Shown in pieces: positions 23,040 to 35,310 of a stretch of 64,000 bases of DNA. The stretch's first letter is position 1, and every line of letters begins with the position of its first letter. The stretch comes from Rebecca billardiae RCC1528 (taxonomy: Eukaryota > Protista > Haptophyta). The notes beneath the pieces were generated by a model. It made no database searches, was not told where the DNA came from, and saw only the letters and a list, made by a program, of their open reading frames with translations. The translations under genes and the position numbers were made by a program. The stretch is taken from assembly GCA_965240325.2 (NCBI GenBank), contig OZ251233.1, positions 434,001-498,000 on the forward strand, written 5' to 3'.

Positions 23040-24998
23040 TCACAGGGCCTCCGACCCGTCAGGCCCGTCGGCGACCGAGTTGACGGACACGGTGCATGAC
23101 GAGACTCTCCGCACGGGGGGCGCGGCAGCCGGCGCGCCGTCGACAAGGCTCGGTTCGTTGAGCTGGAGCGCGCTCGGCCCGGCGTCGGCGCGGCGCGTGC
23201 AGGGCGGCGACCAGTTGGTCGTGGCGGTCGCCGGAGCCGCCGAGGCGGCGGGCGCGCGCCGCAGCTCGCGGGCGCAGCAGGCCTCGGTCCGCTCCTCCGC
23301 AGGAACGCCCACCTGCAGCTCGGCGATGCGCGTCGGGCGCAGCCGGCGCAGCGCGTCGCCGTGGCCGAGGTGGCCGCCCACACCCGAGCCAAACGTGTAC
23401 ACGCCGCCCGACGCCGTCGTGACGGAGGACGAGTTGAGCGCGGCGCACGCGCCGACGACGCGCTCGTGCTCGATGTTGCCGAGGACGCGCTCCGGCGTGG
23501 CAGGGTGCAGCGAGGTGCTCCCCGTGCCGAGCCGCCCGTGGTCGCCCCGGCCGAACGCGTACAGCTCGCCGTCCGCCGTGACGACGAGCGAGTGCAGGCA
23601 CGCGGCCGCGGCCGCGACCACGCGCCTGCCGCGCAGCCTGCCGCCGATGCGCTTCGGCGTGAGCTCGTCGTCGAGGTCGCCGTGGCCGAGCCGGCCGAAC
23701 CAGCCGCCGCCGCACGAGTACGCCGCGCCCGAGGCGCCGACGAACAGCGAGTGGTCCAGCCCGGCCGACGTGCTGACCACGTGCTCGGCCGAGAGCGCCT
23801 TGACGCACGTCGGCACGAGGTGCGACTGCTCGTCGCCGAGCCCGAGCCGGCCGTACGCGCCGTTGCCGAAGGCGAAGGCCTTGCCGTCGAGGGTGGTGGC
23901 AAAGCCGTGGGTCGCGCCGGCGGAGGCGCTGACCACGCGCTCGTCGGCGAGCGCCTCCACGCGCGTGGGCAGATGCCGGTCCGCCTCGTCGCCCAGCCCA
24001 AGCCGGCCGAGGCTGCCCGCGCCGAACGAGAAGAGCTCGCCGTCCGAGCTGACGACGTGCGAGCAGTAGTAGCCCGCGGCGACGCCGATGGCGGTGCGCG
24101 CGGCCAGCGGGCCGCCGACGAGCGTCGGCGTGTACCGGTTCGTGTCGTCGCCGTGCCCGAGCCGCCCGTTCGCGCCCGCGCCGAACGAGAGCACGCCGCC
24201 GCCCTCGGCGATCGCGAGCGTGTGCGCAAAGCCGACGGACACGGCGACGACGCGCACGGCGGTGAGCGCGGGCTGGAGCGTGCACGTGCCAAAGTGCGGC
24301 CCGCCCGCGTACGGCCGGCCGAGCCCGAGGGCGGCGGCGGCGGCCTCGCGCACGGCGGCGTCCTCGTCATCCTGAGTCCCGTCCGACGCCGTGTCGTCGA
24401 GCACGTCCTCCATCTCGTCCACCTCCCGGTACGCGCCGCTCGTGAGCAGCCGGCCGCCGGCGTCGACAAACGCCGCCGTCTCTCCGCCGAGGCTCGCGAC
24501 GGGGCGGTGGCCGCCGGCGGCGCGCACGCGGCGGCAGGCGTCGATGAGCGCGAGTGTGCGCGCCGAGCCGTCTTCCGCAGGCGCCGCCTGCGGCACGGGC
24601 TCGCCGCGTTCGCGCGCGCGGGAGACGAGCGCGCGCTCGACCAGGGACACTGGCCTCAGCGGCGCGCCGAGCGCGCGGCAGGCGCGGCGGGCACGCGCCA
24701 GATCGGCTGGATCGTCGAGCGCGGCGAGGATGCGAACGACGAGGAACTCGGGCAAGTCGAGCAGGCGCGTCGTCATGGAAGGGCCAGCGCTTTCCGCCGC
24801 ACGCCGTGAGCCGCAGCTGCCGCCCACGCCGGGAGAGGCCGCTGGCCCTCCCAGCAGCAGGCTTTCGAGCTCGCTGATGTGCTCACGGACTGACGCGCGA
24901 TTGCTCGCGCCGGCGATCGGGCGGGGAAGGGCTCGCGCCGTCTCGACGGCCGTGCGCAGCGCACCCACGGCCGCCTGCCCGACGTGCGGGCTCGACAT
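23040..24998 (-). CDS. F-box-like plus RCC1-repeat (beta-propeller) protein
   Basis: LLDLPEFLVVRILAALDDPADLARARRACRAL (F-box-like), then about 6-7 RCC1 repeats (SFGAGANGRLGHGD, SAGLDHSL, FGRGDHGRLG). Start 24998 or 24777. Confidence 0.85.
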   Translation of the reverse strand: MSSPHVGQAAVGALRTAVETARALPRPIAGASNRASVREHISELESLLLGGPAASPGVGGSCGSRRAAESAGPSMTTRLLDLPEFLVVRILAALDDPADLARARRACRALGAPLRPVSLVERALVSRARERGEPVPQAAPAEDGSARTLALIDACRRVRAAGGHRPVASLGGETAAFVDAGGRLLTSGAYREVDEMEDVLDDTASDGTQDDEDAAVREAAAAALGLGRPYAGGPHFGTCTLQPALTAVRVVAVSVGFAHTLAIAEGGGVLSFGAGANGRLGHGDDTNRYTPTLVGGPLAARTAIGVAAGYYCSHVVSSDGELFSFGAGSLGRLGLGDEADRHLPTRVEALADERVVSASAGATHGFATTLDGKAFAFGNGAYGRLGLGDEQSHLVPTCVKALSAEHVVSTSAGLDHSLFVGASGAAYSCGGGWFGRLGHGDLDDELTPKRIGGRLRGRRVVAAAAACLHSLVVTADGELYAFGRGDHGRLGTGSTSLHPATPERVLGNIEHERVVGACAALNSSSVTTASGGVYTFGSGVGGHLGHGDALRRLRPTRIAELQVGVPAEERTEACCARELRRAPAASAAPATATTNWSPPCTRRADAGPSALQLNEPSLVDGAPAAAPPVRRVSSCTVSVNSVADGPDGSEAL

Positions 24999-25377
24999 GG
25001 ACGTCAACGACGAGCGCTGATGCGCCGTGCTGATGACGGCGAGAGCAAGAGCGCCTTGGGTGGGTGAACAGTGTTACTGCAAGCCGGGTACCGCTCCGCC
25101 GTTTCGTCGTGAATAAGTGCGAATGTGCTTTTTCAATAATAGGTGGTTGTGTCCACCCGAGCGCTTCTTCCTCGATTTGATGAGAAACACGCGCGTCCAG
25201 ATTCATCAGGTTGCTACGACCAGCTGAAAAGTTAAGCGCCCGCTATCCCCTTTGGTTCACAGGTGCGAACTGAGCGGCCAACGGAACGTAGATCGCCCGA
25301 GATCATAGGTCGGTCACGAATTAGGTTTTTGTGGTTTGACGGCATCTGCCGAAGCGTTGTATTTTCCATGAGGTGAT

Positions 25378-25475
25378 GTGCGCTCCCTCGCCTACCCGCG
25401 TTGCACACCACAGTAAACATATTGCATGGGTGTTTACTGTGATGGTGTGCAGCGCGGGTAGGCGAGGGAGCGCAC
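25378..25475. ncRNA. Long near-perfect hairpin (pre-miRNA-like or fold-back remnant)
   Basis: Arms 25378-25420 and 25430-25475 pair over about 43 bp with G-U pairs and one 3-nt bulge. Transcription is unknown. Confidence 0.4.
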
Positions 25476-26351
25476 TGTGGGTATTATCTAACGGACACAC
25501 CCACGCAATAATATATGGCTGGTAAAGTGCCGTTGGGGATACAAATCACATACAAACTCAAAGGCTGCTACTCATATTCATTGAAAAGCCTTGATGAACG
25601 CTTGATGACCGATGTGAGTAAGCCGTGACTATGCAGCAAACGACGGTGGAAGTCGCTTTCGAGAGGTTTCTTCGGCGTCATCACTCACCCCTCGGCGAGC
25701 TCCCGGACGCGTCAGACGGGAGAGCACCACCACTTGAACTTGACACGATTGCGCGCATTTGTGCGTAGACGGGCGATGACATGGCCGTCTGCGCAGGTGA
25801 GGTGCCCAGCATGTCGCGGCTGCGTGCCGCACGGGCGCCACGGGGTTCGGAGACACTGACTGAGTGCCCGCAGGCCACGGTCCTGCGGCTCGCATCATGG
25901 CATCACGGGGCACGGCGCTCACTCGCGGCAATGCTTCACCGCAATCTTCGAGTCTGCGACGGCTGGCCTGATTGGCGGGGCTCGCGGCGCTGCCCAGCTC
26001 GTCTGCTCGCAGTGCCAGAAGTCGTCTCGGGTTGCCGGGAGTGGCGGGTTCGCGGCAGCGGGCGAGCCACGCATTTTGCTGTCTGCGGGCAACTGATGGT
26101 CCCGCTTCGCCACAAGACGAAGGAGGCTGTGACCCGCGCGCGCGATGACTACTTCATATGGAATTGACGCGGCCACACGTCGCACTTCTGTATGTTTGGC
26201 TCGTGGCTTGTTGGGCAACAGCACAGCAAGAGTTGCGGCAGCCATTGTTACGTCGTTCAGTCTTGGACTCTGGATCCCCAGCCGTCCGGACTGATGACTT
26301 GCCGATGATTGTGGCGATCTCATCATCCGAGCACCATTTTTGAGCGCCAAA

Positions 26352-28065
26352 ATGGCGGGTGCCTCATGGCGCGACGAGCTCCGCCACCGCGGCGGCAGCT
26401 TCTTCCTCGTGTCAGACACCGTGTCGTACGGGAATGGGCACCACGTGGAGGAGCACCTGGGAAATCCGCACATGCTGCCCGTCATCGTGTGCGCCTTCGT
26501 CCTCATCACCGCCATCATCCCATACGTCGCGTGGAAGCTCTGGCAGCTGCACCAGGCGGGCATCGGCACCAGCCCGGCGTACGCGGTGGCGCTGCTGCTC
26601 TCGGGCCTGATCTACTGGGGGGCGCTGCTCATGCAGATCGTTGCGCTCGCGCGCGACGTGTGGGCCACCCACGCCGGCGTCCTTCGCCTGCTCTGGATGC
26701 TCCTCGGCGCGACGGGCCGCGCGCTTCAGATCTACGCCTTCTCCAAATTCCTGTGGATGTGGGTGGGGTATGCGCGCGGCGTGGGCGAGCTCACGTCGCC
26801 CAAGGTGCGGGTGGGCAAGGGGGACAACCTCCTCGTCACCGGCCTCGTCGTCATCACCGGCGCCAACTTCATCGCGCAGGTCGTGATCGCGGCGCTCTTC
26901 TACGACCTCGCGGAGGAGGAGGGCGACGAGCACACCGGTGAGCGCGCGGGAGAAGGAAGGGAGGGAGGGAGCGTGCCGTGCGCGCGCGCGCGCGTGCGTG
27001 CGCCGGGGCGGGGCGGGGGCGTGCGCGCGCGGCGGGCCTCGTGCGCAAGGCTCGCGCCGAGGGGGCGCGCGGTGCACGCCACACGGCGCGCGGCGCACGC
27101 CGCTGTCCCCCCGAGGCTCGGCCGCGCGGGGCCGGCAAGCGCGCGCGCCCCGGGCCCAGGGGGTGGCCGGCTCCTCGCCTGTGCGCCGACGCATGGCGCA
27201 GGCGCGTGTGCGCGCGCGCGCGTGTTCCCCTCCCTTCGAGCTCATCGCCGAGTGCCCTCCCCCCTCGCCCTGGCGCGCGCGCCCGCGCACGCACGCCCGC
27301 CCGCACGTTGCAGGGCTGCGGCTCAAGGAGGTGGGCGAGCTGCTCGACTTTGGGCTCGAGTGCATCTGGTTCGCGGTCACGCTGCGGCTGATCTGCGCGA
27401 TCCCGCGGCTGCGGCCGCAGAGCCTGGGCCGCGCGACGCGGCTCGAGCTGCAGCAGTACTCGCAGCTCGGGCACACCGGCCGCGCGATGTTTGTCGCGCA
27501 CGCGATCGTGTGGCTGTGCCAGATCGTCGCGCTCGTCTTCTTTGGGAACGGCGACGGCGAGTCGTGGGCAGCGGCCCTGCAGCTGGCGTGGTTCCTCATG
27601 CAGATTGGTGCCGTGCGACGCGCGCGCGCGCGCGCGCGCGCGCGCGTCCTCGCGCCCGCCCCGCGCCCGGCCGGCCGCCGTGCACCGCACTCACGCGCGC
27701 GCGCCCGCTCCGCTGCCCCCCGTCTGCACACGCACCCACGCCCGCACGGCCGAACGGCCGCAGGGTACCAGACGGACGTGATGAACAAGGTGTACGAGAA
27801 CTACATGCTCTCGCTGATCGCCGTGGAGGGCGCGGTCGAGACGGGCGTGTCCAAGTCGTACCTGTCGGACGTGGCGGGGCCGGGGGACGAGGTGGGCGAG
27901 GCGCGCGTCGCAAAGGGCCGCTGGCTCGACCTGGAGGGCGACCAGTGCGGCTGGCGGCAGGCGCTCGGCGCAGCGGCGTACCTGCTCTTCCTCATCGCGG
28001 CGATGGCGACGGCGATCGCGGTGGGCGCGATGATCGTCGCCCTGCACACGAAGCGAGATGGATGA
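26352..28065 (+). CDS. Hypothetical multi-pass membrane protein (about 8 TM)
   Basis: Exons 26352-26937, 27314-27607 and 27764-28065 (introns 26938-27313, 27608-27763); successive hydrophobic helices; family not recognised. Confidence 0.75.
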
Positions 28066-28294
28066 CGGCCGGCGCGCGCCTCTCTGGAGCCCGGTCTCGT
28101 GACCCGCGCCATGTGCGTGTTGGTACTTGGTGGCAGCCCGGCAGCCCGGCAGGCAGCTGTTTATTTGATCGAGTGTTTACTCGCTGGCTCAATAAGTAGC
28201 ACGCTACTATATCTAGCAGCAGCTTCTTCACGAATCGCGCTGAGCCCGCGTGTATGAAAGGAAGTGTCCCGGTGCGACCGGCACTGCGGTCACT

Positions 28295-28412
28295 TAATAT
28301 TATATATATACGCTATACTTTCTTTATTTAAAAATAATCGTCGCGTTCATATCAGCATATATATATGTATATATATATACATATATATATATATATGTGA
28401 TGCATATATATC
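28295..28412. repeat. AT-rich/(TA)n tract between convergent genes
   Basis: Imperfect TA runs. Confidence 0.85.
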
Positions 28413-28628
28413 GCGTTAGATCATCGTCGTCGCGTACGGCGCGGATGGATAGTGACTACGAGTACGACGACGACGAATGAATCAGTCATCGGAGCCGCCA
28501 TGCTGCAAACGACAGCGCCGTGAGCGCGGGCGGCATGATGGGTGTCAGCAGAGTACTGGGGAGTGGGGACAAACACCAGGATGATGTGACATGCAGAGTG
28601 CCGGCCCACCGGGCCAACCCGGAGAGCC

Positions 28629-31600
28629 CTACGCCCAGAGCTCCTTGAGCAGTCGCTTGTCCCGCTCCATCTGGCGCACGAAGCCAGTCGCCTCCTCCGC
28701 GCCCAACCCGCCGTGCGTGCGCGCAATCTGCGCGAGGGTCTCGCTGACCGCGCGGCCCATCGCGGTGCCTCCGCACACGTACACGTGCGCGCCGCGCTCC
28801 GAGAGCAGCGGCCAGAGCTGCGCGCCGTCCGCGTGCAGCAGGTGCTGCACGTACACCTTGGAGTCCCCCTCGCGCGAGAAGGCGAGGCGGAGGCGCTGGA
28901 GCGGCGCGCCGCCCGACGCGTCGCCCGCGCGCGCCACCTCCGCGCCCGCCCGCCCGCCCGGCTGCCGCTCCGGCGCGCCGCCGCCCGCCATCGCCCTGAG
29001 CTCCTCCGAGTACAGAAAATCAAAATCCTCGCGCTGTGGGGACGGCGCGAGGGGCGGGCGCGAGAGCGCGCGCGGCCAGGGGGGCGCGCGTGAGCGCCGA
29101 GCGACCGTCAGCAGCGTGGCACAACTTCCTGCGCCCGCACCGAGCTGTCCCGCGCGTGGCACCGCGCGCCCGCGCGCCGCTCTGCGGCAGCGCGAGGCAG
29201 AGCGCGGTTGGAACGCGCGGGCCCTGCACTGCCGCAGTGCCGCGCGCGCGCGCGCGGTGCCGCAGTGGGCGCGCGGTGCCGCAGTGGGCGCGCGGTGCCG
29301 CGGTGGGCGCGCGGTGCCGCAGTGGGCGCGCGGCCGCACCTGGCAGCCAAAGTAGAGCCACGCCGGCTCGGGCGCGGCCTCGCGGCGCTCGCGCAGCTCC
29401 TGCGAGAGCGCGCGGAACGGCGCGACGCCCGTCCCGGGCCCGACCATCAGCACCGGCGTGCTCGGCTCCTCCGCCGGCAGCCTGAAGACCGACGGCTTCA
29501 CAAAGGCGAGCGCGAGGTCCGCACGGCCCGAATCTGCATGGCCGTACCCGTTGGGCTGCGGCGCGGTGCCGCCGCCGGCGGCGCTGGCGGGGCGCAGCGC
29601 GGCGAGGTAGGAGGAGCACACGCCCGCGAAGCGGCCGCCGGCCCCCTCGCCGCACGCTGCCTCGCCGCCACCGCCGCCGACGCCGGCCGTCGCGGCGGGT
29701 GCCGCAGTGGGCGCGGGTGCCGCAGTGGGCGCGCCCGCCGCCTCCTCCTCGACCAGCCGGACTGTGAGCTCGAGGGCGCGGGGCTGGCAGAGCGGGGAGG
29801 AGGAGATGGTGTAGTACCGCGGCTGCAGCCGCGTCGCGATCTCGCAGAACGCGCCAAACTCCAGCCGGATCTGCGCACGCCACCGCAGGGGCCGCGCGCG
29901 CGCCGCCGCCGCCGCCGCGCGTGAGCCCGGCCGCACACCGCACCACACGGGCGGGCGCAGGCGCACCGACAGCGGGAGAGGGGGGCGCGGGCGGGCGTGA
30001 GCGGGCGCGGCCGCGCACCGAGGGGAAGTCGAGCAGGACGTGGACGATCGAGCGGCGCCGATCGACGATCGTCGCGTGGTACTCCGCGCTGCCCGCCTCC
30101 GACGCCAGCCGGCGCAGTCGCTCCGCCTCGGCGGCTGAGCGCGCGTGCGCCGCCAGCTGCGCGAGTGTCGCCTTGTGCGGCGCACCGCTCAGGTCGGCGT
30201 AGTAGCTGAGGGCGCGCGCGACGGTGCACGGCGTGGGGAAGGGCGGGTGCGGCGGCTCGTCGTCCGGCGCGACGGCCGCCGCGTCGCTCGGCTCGAGCGT
30301 GAACACCCACTCCGGCCGCACGCCCAGCCGGCGCGCCGCAGCGCGGCACAGCCGCAGCGCGTTCTGAGGGTACACGCCGGCGTCGTCAGCGGCGCGGTAC
30401 CGCAGTGGGCGCGCCGACTTGAAGGCGGGCTCGGCGTCGGGCGGGGCGAGGCCGAGCGCGAGGTGGCGCACCGACGCGCGCGCGTCGGGCTTGCCCGCCC
30501 CCGCGGCGTGCGCGCTCAGCAGCTCGCGGTTCGCCAGCACCGGCACGGGCGAGGCCCCCAGCTTTGGGAACACGGAGGCGACCCACTCGTGCAGGGGCGG
30601 CAGCGGGGGCAGCGGCCGGCCGGGGGCGTGCGGCGCGGTGGGGAGGGCGGGGGGCAGCGCGCGGCCGGCCCAGTCGAGGCCCCACGCGCCGGCGGGCTCG
30701 CCCTCCGCGGCGGCGGCGGCGTCCTCGAGCAGCCCGCCGCCCCGCGCGCCCGCCGCCTCCGCCGCCTCCGCCGCGTGCGCCGCCACCTCCGCCTCTGTGA
30801 GGTGAGGGAAGGTCGCGCGCCACTGCGCAGCCTGCGCGCGCGCGGCGCGGGGCGGGCGGGGCGAGCGGGGCGGTGAGGCGCGGGCGGGCGGACGCGCGGC
30901 GTAGGCGCGTGCGCGCGGCAGCCCAGCCGCCACCGCGCCCGTCCCCGCCGGTGCGCGCGCGCGCACCCTCTGATGCGGCACGCCGTCCGCGCCGTCCGCG
31001 CCCAGCGCGGCCCACAGCCCGGCGCGCCACCGCTCGAAGTCGGCCTCGATGTCGTCGTCGTCGTCGCCCATCCCGAGCTCGTGCACGCGCGCCGCGCCCA
31101 GCTCGCCCATCCGCGCGTCCGCCCACACGCCCACGCTGCAGAACTTCTCGTACTGCCGGTTGCCGAGCGCGAACACGGCATAGCGCACGCGCGCCATCGA
31201 GGGGGGCGCGCGCTCTGCGCCCGCGCTGAGCCAGGCGTGGAAGGTGACGGCGTTGTCGGTGGGCTCGCCCTCGCCGTGCGTGGACACGAGGAAGAGCACC
31301 ACGCTCTCCTCGTCGCACAGCCCCTCGGGGTCGTAGTCCTGCGCGGCGAGCAGCGGCGTGCGCGCGCGCGCGCGCGCGAGGCATGCGCCGCTCAGCGCTC
31401 GCTCGCGCGCGCGCCGCGCCGCGCCGAGTGCACGCCGCGGGGTGCGCGCACCTCGAGGTCCATCTGCTTGGCAGCGAAGCCGCGCTCACGCGCCTCGCGC
31501 TCCAGCGTGCGGCTGAAGCCCTCGGCCGTGCCAGTCTGCGAGCCCCACAGAATCAGCATGGGGCCGCGCGGCGCGGGCGCATCCGCCGACGCCGCGCGGG

Positions 31601-31709
31601 CGACGGCCGCGTCCGGGGCTGAGGCGGGGTCGGGGCGACGGTTGCGGAAGAGCGCGAGCCAGAGCGCGGTGGCAGCCACGACGATCAGCGCCAGCACGAC
31701 GGGCAGCAT
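28629..31709 (-). CDS. CPR: NADPH-cytochrome P450 reductase
   Basis: N-terminal TM anchor; FMN motifs WGSQTGTAEGF, STHGEGEPTDNA, FALGNRQYEKFC; FAD motif RYYTISSS, GVCSSYL; NADPH motifs MVGPGTGVAPFR, FSREGDSKVYVQH, YVCG; C-terminus ELWA. Introns 31339-31451, 30832-30966, 29871-30018, 29034-29339. Confidence 0.93.
29253..29333. repeat. 19-bp intronic minisatellite x4
   Basis: GCGGTGCCGCAGTGGGCGC repeated within the last CPR intron. Confidence 0.85.
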
Positions 31710-32118
31710 GCTCGCGGACGCGCGCGTGGAGACGGCGTGCGCGGTGGTTCGCGCCCGGGGGATTCCGCGGCAGGCCTACGACTCATCGGTCCTTTTCTCG
31801 CAACCCTGGCTGAGTGGCTCCGGACTTCCGGATTCCGGCGGCCGGGGCAGCATCATCCCGCCTTCGCAATCTCGCGTCGCTGCCTTGCCATCCCGCCACC
31901 GTGTGCGGGGCTCCGGCGCCGTCTTCGAACCGAACTGGCGGTTGCTGACTGCTACATCCACTGCGCCTGTGCACCATTGCCACAGGCGCCATCCACCGTC
32001 GGCCGTCGACGTTCACACGTTGGGCCGGGCGCGGGGGCGGAGCATGCGCGGCGCACGGCCACGGCCAAGCCAGCAGGCGCTGGCGGCCGGCCGTGCACTC
32101 ACCGCCGGCCCCGCGGGC

Positions 32119-33608
32119 TCACCACTCCTCCCACACGATCCAGCGCTCGGTGCCGCCCGCGGCGCCGTTGGCGCGATGCTCCCGCGAGCCGGGCAGCGCG
32201 GGCGGCGCCGCCGCCAACGGCTGCGCGCGCGGCGCCGCACCGCCCGGTCGCGCGGCCTGACCCGCCGCGTGCGGCGGGTGCGGCGGCGCGAGCGCGGCGT
32301 GCGCGCCGAGCGGCGCCGGGGCGCCGCCCGGCTGCGCGCCGCCGCCCTCCTCCTCGTCGTCGCTGGCACCCTCCTCCTCCTCCGCCCCCGCCGCGTGCGG
32401 CGGCGCCGCGCGCAGCCGCATGGGCGAGCTGACAACGCGGCCGCCGCGCGCGCGCGTCACCGAGCGCGCTGGCCCAGCCTCGGCCGGCGCCGCGCTGCCC
32501 GCGCCGCGCGCCGGCTGCGGCGCGCCCTCATCGTCCTCCTCGAGCTCCTCCTCCGCGCCCGCCGGCCCGGCCGCCGCCCGCCCACCCGCCGCCGCCGCCG
32601 CGGGCGCGGTGGCCTCGGCGGGCCGCGAGGCGAGCACCGGCCGCCCCGCGCCCTCCCGCCACGCCAGCCTCGCGTCTCGCTGCGCCAGCAGCTGCGCCTC
32701 TTCCAGGCTCATCGGCATCTCGCGCTGGTTGGCGCGCTGCATGTTGGTCTGCTCGCGGCCCTTCTTGAGCGAGATCAGCTCGGGCTTGACCACCTTGCTG
32801 CGGGGCCGCCGCGTCGCCGCGCGGGGTGCGGCGTCGGCAGGGCAGGGCGGCGAGGGCGGCGCAGCGCGCACGGTCAGCATGGCCGCCGCGGCGCATCGGC
32901 CGGCGGCCGCGGTGCCGCCGAGGGAGCGACGGGGCGCGCGCGGTTGCGGGCGGGCGGACGGGGCTGTACGCCCGCGCGTCTCGCGCGCGGTTCCGCCCCG
33001 CGGGCGCGGGCGCGGGCGCGCGCGCGTGTGCGCACGCGCGCGCGGGCGCGTGCGTGAGACAGCGAGCGGCTCACCGCAGCATCTGCAGGTAGCCGCGCTT
33101 CGACATCCAATCGCTCAGCAGCGCGGCGCGCTTGCGCACATCGAGGCAGCCGTGCACGCAGTACGTGTCCTTGTCGCTCTCGGGGGGGCGCTCGCGCACC
33201 TCCGTCGTGTACGTGCGCACCGGCTTGCCGAGGCCTGCGGCGCACGGCAGGGCAGGCCAGTGGCCAGCGGCGCATGAGGAAGGAGAGGCAGCGCCGCACA
33301 CACGGCGTGGGCGCGCGTGCCGGGGGGAATGGGCGTTGCGGGTGCGGCGCGCGCGGCGCGCGTGGGCATCGGCGTCATCGCGTGCCCCCCCAGCACGCCG
33401 CCCGCGCACCGAGGCTCACGGAGTCGGCGTCGGGCACGCCGCCGCCGCCGCACAGCAGCCGTTCAAACTCGACAACCTTCACGGCGCCGAAGCCCACCTT
33501 GCGCGCCTTGTCCTTGCGCGCGCCGGGCTTCTTCTTCGTGATGCCTAGCCGGTCGGTCAGGCTGTCGCGCAGGTCGACCAGCTTCTTGCGCAGCGTTTGC
33601 GTCTTCAT
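32119..33608 (-). CDS. CSRNP/AXUD1 N-terminal-like protein
   Basis: Spliced KVGFGAVKVVEFERLLCGGGGVPDADSVSLGLG..RKRAALL..ELISLKKGRE resembles CSRNP_N (V.F..V.V..F.R..G...VP.....LG). Introns 33235-33409 and 32798-33074. Confidence 0.6.
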
Positions 33609-33889
33609 CTCTCGCGGGGGCTCACTGCTTCAATCGTCGCGGGCCACCGCGGCCACTGCTGACGAAGAGGGCTTGATGTGGGGTGCTTGCCACCCACCCC
33701 CGACGAAGACGGTGTCGTCACGTCAAAACGAGCCGCCATGCCCTCGGTCGCGAGTGGCTTTTCGATCGCCCCTTTTTCCGCCAGGCGCCTTTTATCGCGC
33801 CCAGGCGGCAGGGGTGGGGAGCAGCGTGCAGCGAGGCCGCGCGAGCGGGGTAGTCGAGCGCGACACGTCCGCCGGGGAGCCGACGACCG

Positions 33890-34605
33890 ATGGCAAAGGG
33901 CCGGAAGGGCGGGCACAGGCACTTCACCGATGCTGAGACGCTCGAGCGCGAGCGTCAGGGCATGGACCGCCGCCGCGGGGCCGACGACGACGACGAGGAG
34001 GAGGAGGATGATGAGGGCGATGGCGGCAGGGGAAAGCGCACGGGCAACAAGATGAACGCGCAGAGCAACACCGTGGGCATGCTCCCGCCCAACTCGGATG
34101 AGGAGGAGGAGGACGAGCCGCCCAAACGTGCGTGGCACGCCTGCGCCCGCTCCGACCGCCACGCCACCGAGGGCGCGTCGCTCACACGCCGCCCATTGCG
34201 TGCGCGCGCGCGCGTGTGCGGCCTGCGTGCGGCCGCGCAGCCAAGGGGAAGCCAGCGCGCAAGGTGCAGCCGGGCGACCTCCCGCCGAGCGGCTCGGACG
34301 ACTCCGAGTCCGACGACGACGACGACTCCGACTCGGGCTCGGACGCCGCGCCGCCCGCGCCGCCGCCCAAGCGCGAGCTCACGCGCAGGGAGCGTGAGGC
34401 GCTCGAGGCGCAGCACGCCAAGCCGGACCCAGAGCAGGTGGCCGCGGACATGGAGCGGCTGCGGCTGGCGCGGGAGAAGCGGGCGCAGCAGGCCGCTGCG
34501 CGCATCGCCTCCGAGGGCTTCGACCGGTACGCACCTCCGCCGGGCACGGCGCCAGCGCCCAACCCACTCGCACCAGAGGGCGAGGCTGCGGCGCCCAAGG
34601 AGTGA
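33890..34605 (+). CDS. PDAP1: PDAP1/PP28 (28 kDa heat- and acid-stable phosphoprotein)-like protein
   Basis: MAKGRKGGHRHFT, acidic Ser tracts, RELTRREREALEAQ..ADMERLRLAREKR; intron 34128-34240. Confidence 0.8.
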
Positions 34606-35310
34606 GCCACCCAGCCGCGAAGCTGAGCTGCTCCGACGATGCGCAGCGCCGCAGCAGCACGCGCGTGGTTTGGCGCCGCCGCCGCGCCTCAGTTGGCGCG
34701 ACCGCTCGTCGGCGGACCTCCACCGCCTCGAGCGCCTCCGCGCTCGCGATGCCCCCGGTCCCGGGTCCGCGTCATCCAGAGGCATGGACTATGTCTATGG
34801 AGCTAATGGAGCGGCACACGTGTGACGCGCAAGTATTACTCAATGGACATCAGCAGAGTAGTCCGAGAGACGAGGCGGGCGGAATTCTGATGATCGATCG
34901 ATCATCATCAATGTCGATTGATCGTATACAGAATAGATAGTCATCATCAGTAGCTATACAGCGACTGTTAGTGTTACGGGCCGAGACTGACTGGCTAGTG
35001 AATGTGATATGCTGTGCGCGCTACTAAGTACTACTACTAGTACTACGACGCGATACGACAAATCATCGTCGTGGTGCCATCATCATCGTCGTCAGCTAGA
35101 TGACAGATTCCGGCGGAACTCCAAACGACTGCGGAACATCGCGCGCGTCAGCATTATGGCCCGCGGTGCAGGGCGGAGCGCGCAGCGTGGAGCCCGCACC
35201 AGCGGGCCCGAACCACGTTTCAAAAAGATCTTTGATCAAAGAAAAAAGGGACGGGGGACGATTTTCAGGGCTGGAGGAGACCGAGTTTCGAATTTTGAGA
35301 CTCCCTTACA

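Noticed and set aside
23040-24998. Possible UVR8 photoreceptor
   Set aside because: RCC1 repeats lack the GWRHT tryptophan motifs and the protein has an F-box-like N-terminus.
29253-29333. CRISPR-like array
   Set aside because: Head-to-tail minisatellite without spacers, inside a eukaryotic intron.
34850-35110. ATC/TAG/TAC-rich stretches as specific regulatory elements
   Set aside because: Similar degenerate trinucleotide runs occur at many intergenic ends (about 1850, 19400, 54200, 62650); no defined motif could be supported.
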